64,000 nt of DNA from an uncultured Pseudomonadota bacterium (lineage in GTDB: Bacteria; Pseudomonadota; Alphaproteobacteria; RF32; CAG-239), in assembly GCA_902763535.1 (NCBI GenBank), contig CACWSG010000003.1, positions 88,779 through 152,778 on the forward strand. The letters run 5' to 3'. The translations under genes and the position numbers were made by a program. Below, in pieces: positions 43,309-52,858 of this stretch. Each line of letters begins with the position of its first letter. Position 1 is the first letter of the stretch. The notes beneath the pieces were generated by a model. The model was given only the letters and a program-made list of their open reading frames with translations, did not search any database and was not told the origin of the DNA.

Positions 43309-43986
43309 CTATTTTGCCCAGGCTGATAATTTTTGATGTAGTTCATTCATGGTGGCGGCCACGCCGTAAACACCGGCTTCAATACATTTATGTTTGTATT
43401 CCGGAGTATTATTACCGGTGGCACCGACAAAAGCCATACATTCAATTCCGGCACTTTTCGCCGCGGCAAAATCGTTCAGGCTATCACCGATGACCATGCA
43501 GTCTTTTTTGTCATAACCTTTTGTCTTAGCTGCAAGCAAGAATAAATCAGGTGCCGGTTTGCCCCTTTCCACCATATCAACACAAAATTGGTATTGACGC
43601 GGAATGATATTATCAATTTCGCTGAAACGGGTCATTTTCCAGGCGTGTTGTTCAGTGGTAGCACCGGTGGCAATACAATTGTCAAAAAGCTCATCTTGCA
43701 TAATTTCCAGTACGCCTTCAATCGGTTCCATAAAATGGGTACCCTGATAAATTTCGTCATCGGCAATCGCCGCCATAAAATTATTATCAAGTTTTAGCTC
43801 GAATTTGTTTTCTACGCGTTCTTTGCGAGTTTTATCAGCTACACCGACCAATAATTCGCTTGCTTGTTCGTCATCTAAAGTAAGGTTAAAATATTTTTGT
43901 AAGTTGTCGCGCCAAACTTTTACCCATAATTTTTCACTATCGGCAATAACTCCGTCAAAATCCCAAATCAGCAATTTTTTAGTCAT
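43309..43986 (-). CDS. HAD-superfamily hydrolase (beta-phosphoglucomutase-like subfamily IA)
   Basis: Motif I is LIWDFDGVIADSE and motif IV is VIGDSLNDFAAAKSAG. Confidence 0.8.
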   Translation of the reverse strand: MTKKLLIWDFDGVIADSEKLWVKVWRDNLQKYFNLTLDDEQASELLVGVADKTRKERVENKFELKLDNNFMAAIADDEIYQGTHFMEPIEGVLEIMQDELFDNCIATGATTEQHAWKMTRFSEIDNIIPRQYQFCVDMVERGKPAPDLFLLAAKTKGYDKKDCMVIGDSLNDFAAAKSAGIECMAFVGATGNNTPEYKHKCIEAGVYGVAATMNELHQKLSAWAK

Positions 43987-44431
43987 TGATTTCCTCTATT
44001 TTTTCCACCCTAAAATCTGCCGAATAAAAATAGCGGCGTTTAACATATTTTCCCTGCAAAATATCCGGCAAAAAGTCTTTATCCGCGGCCCGCATATCGT
44101 CAAAAGGAATTTTGTCTTCATCAAGCCAAAAAGCTTCAACTTCATCATCTTTAGCTTTCAACTCGCCACTGTATTCTTTTGACCAAAACACATGCACATA
44201 AAATTCTTTGTTGGGAAATTCAATATAGCCGACCTGTCGCGGATTTTTAATGTCTATACCTGTTTCTTCTTTAGTCTCTCTTATCACACAGGATAGCATA
44301 TCTTCCCCGTTTTCTTTTTTGCCGCCGGGGAAATTGACACAGCCCTGATTGATGCCGCGCAGGTTGCGAACAAATAAAAACTTTTTATTTTTTACATCTT
44401 CAACAATGGATAATGAAGCTTCTTTTCGCAT
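43979..44431 (-). CDS. NUDIX hydrolase
   Basis: The Nudix box is GGKKENGEDMLSCVIRETKEETGI. A GGAGAA RBS precedes the ATG at 44431. It overlaps the HAD gene by 8 nt. Confidence 0.85.
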   Translation of the reverse strand: MRKEASLSIVEDVKNKKFLFVRNLRGINQGCVNFPGGKKENGEDMLSCVIRETKEETGIDIKNPRQVGYIEFPNKEFYVHVFWSKEYSGELKAKDDEVEAFWLDEDKIPFDDMRAADKDFLPDILQGKYVKRRYFYSADFRVEKIEEIND

Positions 44432-44652
44432 ATTGTTTTCTCCTTTATGTGAAGCACATTTTATAATAAATAAATAGTAATGCAAGGTAATTTTTGCTTT
44501 GAGATTGTAACAAAACGAAACATAAGTTTTGCACATATTAAAGATTAGAAATATTTTGTTAATTGTTTTTTTAGAAATTCGGAGTCATACTCTGCCATGT
44601 AGTTATAGGACTACTAATGTTAATTTTTTTAACAAAATAAGGAGACTTTTTT

Positions 44653-45474
44653 ATGAAATTTAAAACTTTATTGATGGCTTCGGCCGCTGTTTTGGTTGCT
44701 GCTCCGGCTTTTGCAGCTGATGATATTACTGCTGCTTTTTATACACCGGCTCAAGGAAAATTCCTCTCCAGCACAACTTTGGAATCTCGTCGTATAAAAC
44801 TTGATGATGGTGGTGCCGTTTTTGGAGAAGAAATAGCAAAAGCTTTGGCTGCTTCAGAAGAGCTGACCTATGGTGTGACCGATAATTTGGCTGTATTCGG
44901 TACAGTTGCCAATGCTTTCAATGTTGAAAAAGATTATAACAATAACCGCAACTTTGCCTATGAGTTAGGTGCTAAATATACTATGACTTATGGTAAAGTA
45001 TTGGGTCAAGTTGCCTTGGCTTATCAGACTTATGATCCTCGTTCTTGGTATGGTAAAGAGGGTGAAGGTATTGAATATTCAACCAATAAATGGAACAAAG
45101 CTTTAGAAGGAACCGTTAAATTGGGTTATGTTTTGGATTGCGGTTTGACTCCTTATACAACTTTCAGTGTTAATGATGATGTTACTCACTCAGCCAAAGA
45201 CAAGAGTTATTCTTGGTTCTTGGGTGCTCACAAAATGTTAGACAAAGTATCATTGGATGGCGGTTTCCGTTATGACTTTGATTCTGATGATTTTGAAGCT
45301 TGGTATGTTCAAGCCGAAGCTAACTACTTTGTAAAAGACAATGTAACAGTCGGTGTATTCGGTGATTACTATCTTGGCGGTTCTCCGATGTTAAAGGCTG
45401 GTGTTGCAAGAGTAACTCGCAAAGATGTTGAATACGACTACACTGTTGGTTTGAATGCTAAAGTTGCTTTCTAA
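44653..45474 (+). CDS. Outer-membrane beta-barrel (porin-like) protein
   Basis: Signal peptide MKFKTLLMASAAVLVAAPAFA. The sequence shows alternating beta-strand periodicity and ends in a C-terminal aromatic residue (..LNAKVAF). Confidence 0.65.
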   Translation: MKFKTLLMASAAVLVAAPAFAADDITAAFYTPAQGKFLSSTTLESRRIKLDDGGAVFGEEIAKALAASEELTYGVTDNLAVFGTVANAFNVEKDYNNNRNFAYELGAKYTMTYGKVLGQVALAYQTYDPRSWYGKEGEGIEYSTNKWNKALEGTVKLGYVLDCGLTPYTTFSVNDDVTHSAKDKSYSWFLGAHKMLDKVSLDGGFRYDFDSDDFEAWYVQAEANYFVKDNVTVGVFGDYYLGGSPMLKAGVARVTRKDVEYDYTVGLNAKVAF

Positions 45475-45529
45475 TTTGAAAGAGCTATAAAAAATAAAGA
45501 ATGGCGGTTCAAAACGAACCGCTTTTCTT

Positions 45530-46777
45530 TTATTCTAACGGCAGAGTTATGATGAAATCGGAGCCTTTAGATGAGCTTTCAACCGTGATTTTTCCTTTAT
45601 GTAATTTAACAATCTCAGAAGCTAAACTCAGTCCTAAGCCCAAACCTTTTTGATGACGCGATTTGTCGCCGCGCCAGAAACGGTCAAAAATATGTTTTAA
45701 ATCTTGCGAGGCAATGCCTGATCCGTTATCACTAACCACAATTTGGGCGTTATGACTGTCGGAAGATATTTTGACGATAATTTTTTTCTTTTTAGGCGTG
45801 TATTTAATGGCATTATCAAGCAAAATATACAATAATTGATAAATCATGCCTTGGTCGGCATAGATGTTTATATTGCTGCTGTCCTCAAGTTTTATTGTGG
45901 CATTGGGTGATAATTCGGAGATGTGGTTGATAGCTTTGCGCGCCTCAGAGATTAAATCAAATTTTTTAGCGTGCAGGGAGATAGTGTTGTTGTCATAGCG
46001 CGCCAAGCATAGCAAGTTCTCAATCAAATCGTTCATGTGTAAAATTTCGTCTTTGATGTTTTGTTGTAACTCATGATCTTGAGCTTTGTATTCCAACAAT
46101 TCGGCATAAGAAAGCAAAATGCTTAACGGCGTGCGCAATTCGTGAGTGGCATTAGATACAAATTGCTTTTGTTTTTCATAAGAAGTTTTGATGTACTTCA
46201 TGGAACGAGAGGCTAACAGGTTGCCTAACAGATAGGCTAATATCAAGGATGCGGCTATGACATAAACTGCAATGTGGGCATAGCGGCGAAAACTTTTGAT
46301 AATCGGTTTATAGTTGGAAAGGGCAAAAACTTCCAAAAGACGGCCGTCGCGCAAGTGCAAATCTTTTTTCATCATCAAAAAATGGGATTTTTTCTTTTCT
46401 CCCCGTAATTTCAGGTGATAAGTTTTAAGCTCATCCCAAGGTTCCTCGCTCAAACGGGTAAGCAGGCGTCCGGCTAAGACTTGATCTTCGGGAACTTCGG
46501 CATAGGTCAGGTGTTTGTCAAAAAACCAATAGGTAAAATTATGAATAATTTTGTTGTTATTGTTGATAAGGTGAATGGTGGGGGCCGATTTTTGAGTGAT
46601 AACATAATCTTTGGCTTCCCAAACTTCATCAGCCAGATAGTCAGTTAAATTTTCTTCCAAAAAACGAACAAGATTGTGGCGATAAGTGAGATAACTGGCC
46701 ATAAAACCGCTTAACAGAATTGCCGCTATAATAAGAGTATATTTGATGATGAGAGTGCGTTTTATCTTGTCAATCAT
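45530..46777 (-). CDS. Sensor histidine kinase
   Basis: Two TMs, H-box ATHELRTPLS, N-box LLDNAIKYT and G-boxes DNGSGI/GLGLGLS are present. Confidence 0.9.
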   Translation of the reverse strand: MIDKIKRTLIIKYTLIIAAILLSGFMASYLTYRHNLVRFLEENLTDYLADEVWEAKDYVITQKSAPTIHLINNNNKIIHNFTYWFFDKHLTYAEVPEDQVLAGRLLTRLSEEPWDELKTYHLKLRGEKKKSHFLMMKKDLHLRDGRLLEVFALSNYKPIIKSFRRYAHIAVYVIAASLILAYLLGNLLASRSMKYIKTSYEKQKQFVSNATHELRTPLSILLSYAELLEYKAQDHELQQNIKDEILHMNDLIENLLCLARYDNNTISLHAKKFDLISEARKAINHISELSPNATIKLEDSSNINIYADQGMIYQLLYILLDNAIKYTPKKKKIIVKISSDSHNAQIVVSDNGSGIASQDLKHIFDRFWRGDKSRHQKGLGLGLSLASEIVKLHKGKITVESSSKGSDFIITLPLE

Positions 46778-47460
46778 AAAGTTATTTCCATTTTGTAGCC
46801 AATGTTTTTGAGTAGCTTGATTTGGATTTGCGGAAAAGTATCTTTTAATTTTTTGCGCAGACCATAGATGTGAGAATCTAAGCTTTCCATGTTGGTATCA
46901 GGTTTGTCAGCCCAAAGTTTGTTGAAAATTACATCGCGCGGCAAGATATTGCCAAGGTTTACAAACAACAATTCGAACAGCTCAAATTCTTTTTTGCGTA
47001 AAGTCAGTTGTTGATTGCCTAACGTTATGGTTTTGTTGTCGATATTCAGTTCAAAACCGGAATGGCGATAAATCTTGTCAATATAAGGTTTGTTTTTGCG
47101 GCGGCTCAGTGCATTAATGCGCGCCATAAGTTCTTTAATGCGAAAAGGCTTGATAACATAATCATCAGCGCCGGCATTAAGTGCTTCGACACAATCTTCT
47201 TCTTCGCTTTTGGCGGTAACGAACAAAACGGCGCCTTGAAAAGCATATTTGCCACGCAACAGGCGGCATACCTCTATTCCGCTAAGTTCAGGCAACATCC
47301 AGTCCAAAATAACAACATCATATTGCCCGTTATTATCTCCGAAACATCGCAAAGCATCACTGCCGGTTTGCTCCCAATCAACTTCGCAGTGTTCGTATTC
47401 CAATAATTCTTGTGTTGCTTTGCCCAAACGGGCATCATCTTCAACCAATAAAATGCGCAT
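46774..47460 (-). CDS. OmpR-family response regulator
   Basis: Receiver domain (MRILLVEDD..DVVILDWMLP) plus a winged-helix C-terminus. It overlaps the kinase gene by 4 nt. Confidence 0.9.
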   Translation of the reverse strand: MRILLVEDDARLGKATQELLEYEHCEVDWEQTGSDALRCFGDNNGQYDVVILDWMLPELSGIEVCRLLRGKYAFQGAVLFVTAKSEEEDCVEALNAGADDYVIKPFRIKELMARINALSRRKNKPYIDKIYRHSGFELNIDNKTITLGNQQLTLRKKEFELFELLFVNLGNILPRDVIFNKLWADKPDTNMESLDSHIYGLRKKLKDTFPQIQIKLLKNIGYKMEITL

Positions 47461-47699
47461 AGTTTGCCTCTTTCATATTGTTGAGCATACACTTGAGGAT
47501 GGTAAATTGTAAACAAAATATTTTATTTTTTATTAAAAATTTCAGATTGATTTCAGATTGGCGATGCAAATTAGATTCTGTCAGAGGTTGACTTTTATAA
47601 ACAGTTTGGGAAAGCTTATTAAAAAACAGCGGATTTTCATAAAAACTCCTTATTTTACACACTGTTCCGCTTTGCTGTCCCAAACTGTTTTTTTTTAAA

Positions 47700-48416
47700 T
47701 TACTCCAAATAATAAACAATAGTTGAAACTACGCGTATGGTTTTGCCGATTTGAGAGCTTTCGGATTGACCGTCGATTTGTTCACGAGGCAAAATCGAAA
47801 AAACACCTTGATTAGCGGTTTTGATTTTACCGACTTTGCTTTGAGAGCTTTTGGCAAATTCAAGCGCAGAAGCATAGGCATTTTGGGTGGCTTGTTCCAA
47901 CATTTGCGGTTTTACCTGATTCAGACCGGTAAAAATGTAGCTGACCGGAGTGGAATAATCCTGATAATCAAAAATCACTCCTTGTGCAACCAATGAACCT
48001 ATACCGCTGAGCGAATTTTCAACCAGCTCAACTTTGGGTGAGCGAACAGTGATAGTTTGGTCAAGAATATATCTGGAATCGGAGGCTCTGGCATCGCGAT
48101 AGGGATTGGCCATTAAATCATTGGTGTTCATACGATCGACAACAATTTCATCATCGGTAAAACCTTGGGAGAGCAGGTAGTTTTGAATGGTTTTGGCATC
48201 GGAATTTATCTTTTGTTGAACAACAGATAAATCATTGCCGGTTGTTTTGAACTTGATTTTCCAAACTGCCAAATCGGCTTTGACATCCATCTCAGCCAAA
48301 CCTTTGACGGTTACGGTGCGATTGGAAATTTGGGCTTTGTAATAGTAGTAGCCGGGGAAAAAACCGCCCAGTGCAATACCGGCGGCAACAACAGTACCTA
48401 ATAACACATTTTTCAT
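47700..48416 (-). CDS. SIMPL/DUF541-domain periplasmic protein
   Basis: 238 aa with an N-terminal TM or signal sequence. The pattern RTVTVKGLAEMDVKADLA...QGVFSI is typical of the SIMPL (YggE-like) family. Confidence 0.65.
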   Translation of the reverse strand: MKNVLLGTVVAAGIALGGFFPGYYYYKAQISNRTVTVKGLAEMDVKADLAVWKIKFKTTGNDLSVVQQKINSDAKTIQNYLLSQGFTDDEIVVDRMNTNDLMANPYRDARASDSRYILDQTITVRSPKVELVENSLSGIGSLVAQGVIFDYQDYSTPVSYIFTGLNQVKPQMLEQATQNAYASALEFAKSSQSKVGKIKTANQGVFSILPREQIDGQSESSQIGKTIRVVSTIVYYLE

Positions 48417-48584
48417 TGATATAACCTCTTGTAAAGATTAAATAACAAAAGGTAATATACAATATTTATTGTGAAAGACAAGATATTATTATGAAAAACT
48501 TTGGGGCTCAGGATGTTTTGCGTGTTCGTTTCCCTACCAGACTATCAATAAACAAAAACCTCCACAAGGGAGGTCTTTGTTTAT

Positions 48585-48658
48585 TGGAGCAGGTAACGGG
48601 AATTGAACCCGCATATTAAGCTTGGGAAGCTCACATTCTACCATTGAATTATACCTGC
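48585..48658 (-). tRNA. tRNA-Gly (anticodon CCC)
   Basis: Reverse complement is GCAGGTATAATTCAATGGTAGAATGTGAGCTTCCCAAGCTTAATATGCGGGTTCAATTCCCGTTACCTGCTCCA. A long-stem terminator follows. Confidence 0.85.
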
Positions 48659-48719
48659 TTGAGCATAAATCGCAAAGTTACTTGTAGAACAAAAATTTTT
48701 TTTGCGCAACAATAATTTG

Positions 48720-50306
48720 CTATTTGGCGATAATTTCGTGAGTTTTGCTAAAGGTTACTTTCGGAAAATCTTCTTGAGTTTTATTCATGTGCCAAGCGTT
48801 ACGCGCCAAAAAGACGATTTCGCCGTTATTATCCTCGGCAATATTCAGGCGGTTGGCATCATTGAATTTTTTCCATTCGTTTTTATCATCGCAAGATACC
48901 CAGCGGGCGGTATAATACTGTGTCGGCTCAAACATCACCGGAAGTCCGAATTCATTTTTGATTCTATCGGCCATAACCTCAAATTGCAAAACACCGACTA
49001 CACCGACAATCCACTCAGCGCCAACCACCGGTTTAAATACGCTGGCGCCGCCTTCTTCGGCGATTTGCTTTAAGGCATCGCCTAAGTGCTTTGATTTCAA
49101 TGGGTCAAGGGCGCGGACGGATTTTAATAACTCGGGGGCAAAAGACGGAATTCCGGTAAAGTTGAGTTTTTCACCCTCGGTTAAAGTATCGCCGATTTTG
49201 AGTTGTCCATGATTGGGGATACCGATAATATCACCGGGAAAAGCATCTTCGGCCAACTCACGCTCTTGGGCCAAAAACATTACCGGAGTGGCGACTTTGA
49301 TGCCTTTGCCGCTGTTGGTTTGTGTTAAGGTCATGCCGCGTTTGAAATGTCCGGAACATATTCGCATAAAAGCAATTCTGTCGCGATGTTTGGGATCCAT
49401 ATTGGCTTGGATTTTGAAAATAAATCCGCTGACTTTGGGCTCATCAGGGGCAACCATGCGTTCAACCGTGGGGTGCGGGCGAGGAGTGGGGGCAAAAGCG
49501 TGTAACCCTTCCAAAACTTCTCTGACACCGAAATTGTTAATCGCACTGCCGAAAAATACCGGAGTCAGAGTGCCATCGAGATAAGCCTGCAGGTCAAATT
49601 TAGGGCAAAGCTCCTCAATCATCATTACATCTTCACGCAATTTGGCAACCTGGTGAGCCGGCAATAATTTATCTAACTTAGGGTCATCTAAACCGGAACA
49701 GGTTTCAATTGTGCTGTTGACGGTTGATTTGTCGCCGTTTTTGTTCATCAAAATCATGCGATTGTTTAAGATATCATAGCAACCCATAAAATCTTTGCCC
49801 GAGCCGACCGGCCAGCTGGCAGGGGTAACATCGAGTGCCAAGGTGCGCTCAATCTCATCAATAAGCGCAAAAGGATCTTGGCCTTCGCGATCGAGTTTGT
49901 TGATGAAAGTGATAATCGGCACATCACGCAGACGACAAACTTCAAACAATTTTTTGGTTTGGGTTTCAATACCTTTGGCAGAGTCCAAGACCATTACCGC
50001 AGAGTCAACCGCAGTCAAAACACGATAAGTATCCTCGGAAAAGTCCTCGTGTCCGGGGGTATCAAGCAGGTTAAAAGTGATGTTATCATAATCAAAAGTC
50101 ATCACCGAGGAGGCAACCGAAATGCCGCGTTCCTGCTCAACTTTCATCCAGTCGGAACGAGCACGGCGGGCTTCACCGCGAGCTTTAACTGCGCCGGCTT
50201 GTTGAATGGCGCCGCCGAAGAGCAACAATTTTTCGGTCAAAGTAGTTTTACCGGCATCGGGGTGGGAAATAATCGCAAAAGTTTTGCGGGGATTAGGTTT
50301 GTTCAT
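48720..50306 (-). CDS. prfC: Peptide chain release factor 3
   Basis: The GTPase motif is AIISHPDAGKTTLTEKLL, with DTPGHEDF and NKLD also present. The start is placed at MNKPNPRK (ATG at 50306) rather than the upstream track start. Confidence 0.9.
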   Translation of the reverse strand: MNKPNPRKTFAIISHPDAGKTTLTEKLLLFGGAIQQAGAVKARGEARRARSDWMKVEQERGISVASSVMTFDYDNITFNLLDTPGHEDFSEDTYRVLTAVDSAVMVLDSAKGIETQTKKLFEVCRLRDVPIITFINKLDREGQDPFALIDEIERTLALDVTPASWPVGSGKDFMGCYDILNNRMILMNKNGDKSTVNSTIETCSGLDDPKLDKLLPAHQVAKLREDVMMIEELCPKFDLQAYLDGTLTPVFFGSAINNFGVREVLEGLHAFAPTPRPHPTVERMVAPDEPKVSGFIFKIQANMDPKHRDRIAFMRICSGHFKRGMTLTQTNSGKGIKVATPVMFLAQERELAEDAFPGDIIGIPNHGQLKIGDTLTEGEKLNFTGIPSFAPELLKSVRALDPLKSKHLGDALKQIAEEGGASVFKPVVGAEWIVGVVGVLQFEVMADRIKNEFGLPVMFEPTQYYTARWVSCDDKNEWKKFNDANRLNIAEDNNGEIVFLARNAWHMNKTQEDFPKVTFSKTHEIIAK

Positions 50307-50666
50307 AATGTTCACTCTAATTGATTTAAAACTTGAGCGTTTTATATACACAAACTTATTCAGAGTCAATAAAAAAGGCAGAAGATTTGGTATGTAAAAA
50401 TTTTTTGCCAATCAAATATTTTAATTGCAATTTTATAAATATATGCTTATCATTTTTGCAAGGCATGAGGTAATCTTATGTCTAGTGCCTTATATAAGGT
50501 GCGGAGCCTTCAACAGCTCTTTATTAGCACGGTGTTGGATAACATCGTCAGTTGTTTGTAACAACAATTTATCCCCGACAGAGGTCGGGGAGCTTTTAGC
50601 GTATGTCCAAGATTTTATCTAAAGGCTAAAAGGATCATTTTGCTAATATGATTGTTGAACTCTCCG

Positions 50667-50695
50667 ACCACCTTATTCAAAGGTGGTTTTTTGTT
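50667..50695 (+). terminator. Strong intrinsic terminator-like hairpin in the 5' leader of the methyltransferase gene
   Basis: accacctt-attca-aaggtggt followed by tttttgttatttt. It lies about 20 nt upstream of the ATG at 50718. Confidence 0.55.
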
Positions 50696-50717
50696 ATTTT
50701 ATGCAATCAGAGGTAAA

Positions 50718-51992
50718 ATGGCGCAGTTTCTTTATATAGTTCAATCATCTTTAGAACCGGCAAAATGTAAAATCGGTATTACTGATAATCTAGAGCGTCG
50801 GCTGAAAGAATATAACTCAACCACTGGTCAATCTAAAGATAATATATACAAATTTCTCTTTACTTGTGAAGTTAAAGATATGCGAGCTATTGAAAAAGAT
50901 ATAAAAAATCAGTTTCCACATTTACGCGAACAATCCAGCCGAGAAATTTATTTTTATAATAATTCGTTATTTGATATGTATGTCGATTTTATTCGTTCTC
51001 ATCCATTATTTATTTCTGAAACATTTATCAAAGAACCGGAAAAGAAAACTATTATAAAAATTGTTAAAAAAACTACGCCAACCTTGCAAGAACGCGGATT
51101 AACTCGCGAAAAAGTTATGACGAAAGCAAAAAAGGTTGATAACGATGAATTTTACACTCGTTATGAAGATATTGAGAAAGAAATTTCAATGTATCCCATT
51201 TCTACTTGGATAGATAAATGTGTGTTTTGCAACTGTGATGACGCTGTAGGTGAAACACGCACCGAAAAAGACTCTTCGGCTTTTGCTTTATTTTTTATTA
51301 AAAATTTTATTGCTCTAGGTTTAAAAAAACTTATTTGCACTCATTACAGCGGGCAAATGGATTTATTTCAAGCAGGCGCAAAAGGTTATATTTTTACCAA
51401 AGAAGGTGTAAAAGAAATGACCAAAATGCCAAAAGGTTATACAGGATGTTTTGAAGATCCTGAAAGTTTGAGAATTTTGCACGAGGAAGCCGATATAGTT
51501 TGCACAAATCCACCTTTTTCACGAGCTATAGATTATTGGCGAACAATAATAAACAGCGACAAGAAGTTTTTGATTATTTCAAATATAGTAAATGTTTTGA
51601 ATACTGCTTATTTACCATATTTTATTGAAAAGAAAGTTTGGGCTGGTTACAATCGTGTTGATTGGTTTTTAAATCCCAAACGCGAAAAGGTTGATGCTTC
51701 AGCCCATTGGTATACAAATATTCCTATTATCAATCGTCCTAAATATAGACTTCTTAAAATAGTTCCATTATCAGAAATTCCAGAACGTTATGTAAAAAAG
51801 GATGATAAAGGATATCTACTTTTTGATAATGGTTATATTCCATCTGATTATCAAGATGTTTTTGGTGTTTCAAGCCGCGCTATACTCAACGGTATTCTTG
51901 AAAAAGGTTATAAAATAGTAAACAACAAACAATATATTCCATACATAAATAACAAAGCTCAGTGGTCGCGTGTTTTGATCCAAAAAATATAA
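50718..51992 (+). CDS. Fusion of a T5orf172/GIY-YIG-like N-terminal domain with an N6-adenine DNA methyltransferase (NPPF)
   Basis: The N-terminus has FLYIVQSS..CKIGITDNLERRLKEYNS (GIY-YIG/T5orf172 pattern). The C-terminus has ADIVCTNPPFS (motif IV). An AGAGG RBS precedes the ATG at 50718. Confidence 0.6.
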   Translation: MAQFLYIVQSSLEPAKCKIGITDNLERRLKEYNSTTGQSKDNIYKFLFTCEVKDMRAIEKDIKNQFPHLREQSSREIYFYNNSLFDMYVDFIRSHPLFISETFIKEPEKKTIIKIVKKTTPTLQERGLTREKVMTKAKKVDNDEFYTRYEDIEKEISMYPISTWIDKCVFCNCDDAVGETRTEKDSSAFALFFIKNFIALGLKKLICTHYSGQMDLFQAGAKGYIFTKEGVKEMTKMPKGYTGCFEDPESLRILHEEADIVCTNPPFSRAIDYWRTIINSDKKFLIISNIVNVLNTAYLPYFIEKKVWAGYNRVDWFLNPKREKVDASAHWYTNIPIINRPKYRLLKIVPLSEIPERYVKKDDKGYLLFDNGYIPSDYQDVFGVSSRAILNGILEKGYKIVNNKQYIPYINNKAQWSRVLIQKI

Positions 51993-52009
51993 AATAAACT
52001 CCGTCGGCG

Positions 52010-52684
52010 TTAGCAGGCGGAGTTTATGGCAATGAAACAATGTAATTGCCGGTGGTATTGTGCTTTGAAACCATTTTGGTTAAAGGTTTTTATCCACCAA
52101 TCATTTGACTGAACAGTTTTAAGTTGTTGGCATGTTCCCAAACTGTCGCCGTACTTTTGAGCTTTGGCATAATCTTCGGTGGTGTTATGTATGGCGCATA
52201 ACATTTTTACATTTTGAAATTTTGCCAGAACTTCTGATAAAGTATCTTCATCAAAATATGATAATATGCCGTTGAAATATGCCAAATCGGCTTGAATAGG
52301 ACTGCAATCTAAAATAGATTTGATTTCTATATTGCCGTTTTCAAACAGTTTTTCCAACCGTTCATCGGGAAAAAGCACCTTGTGAAATAATTCTTTTCTG
52401 CCATCCATGCGATGTTCTGTAAATCTAATCAGATAAGCACTTTTAAGCTGGTGATATTTTTTTATTTCTACTCCATGGGCTTCGATGCCGCAATCCAAGG
52501 CCATTTGCACAATTCCTCCGCCCGCCGCTCCGCAATCAAAAAATGACTTGGGTTTTTGATGAAAATATGCCTGATACAATTTAATCAGCAATATCGGGGG
52601 AATAGAATACATACCGCCATCGGCGTAATAGAGCAAAGGATACTTTTTATCATAATAATGCTTGTGTCTTTTCATATGCAACAA
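52010..52684 (-). CDS. Class I SAM-dependent methyltransferase (substrate unknown)
   Basis: The glycine-rich motif I is FFDCGAAGGGIVQMALDCG, followed by an acidic residue (GVE). Confidence 0.5.
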   Translation of the reverse strand: MLHMKRHKHYYDKKYPLLYYADGGMYSIPPILLIKLYQAYFHQKPKSFFDCGAAGGGIVQMALDCGIEAHGVEIKKYHQLKSAYLIRFTEHRMDGRKELFHKVLFPDERLEKLFENGNIEIKSILDCSPIQADLAYFNGILSYFDEDTLSEVLAKFQNVKMLCAIHNTTEDYAKAQKYGDSLGTCQQLKTVQSNDWWIKTFNQNGFKAQYHRQLHCFIAINSAC

Positions 52685-52858
52685 TTATATTACAGTTAAT
52701 AATTAAAAGATTGTTTGCAAATTAAATCGGTATTTGTTTTTTGTCAATGAGTTAGTGAGGCTTACCAAGAAAATTGCCTTAAAATTATAGAATTAGGATT
52801 TTTGATAATATAAAAAAAATCCCCGAATGGTATCGGGGATTTTTTAGTAAATTTATGC

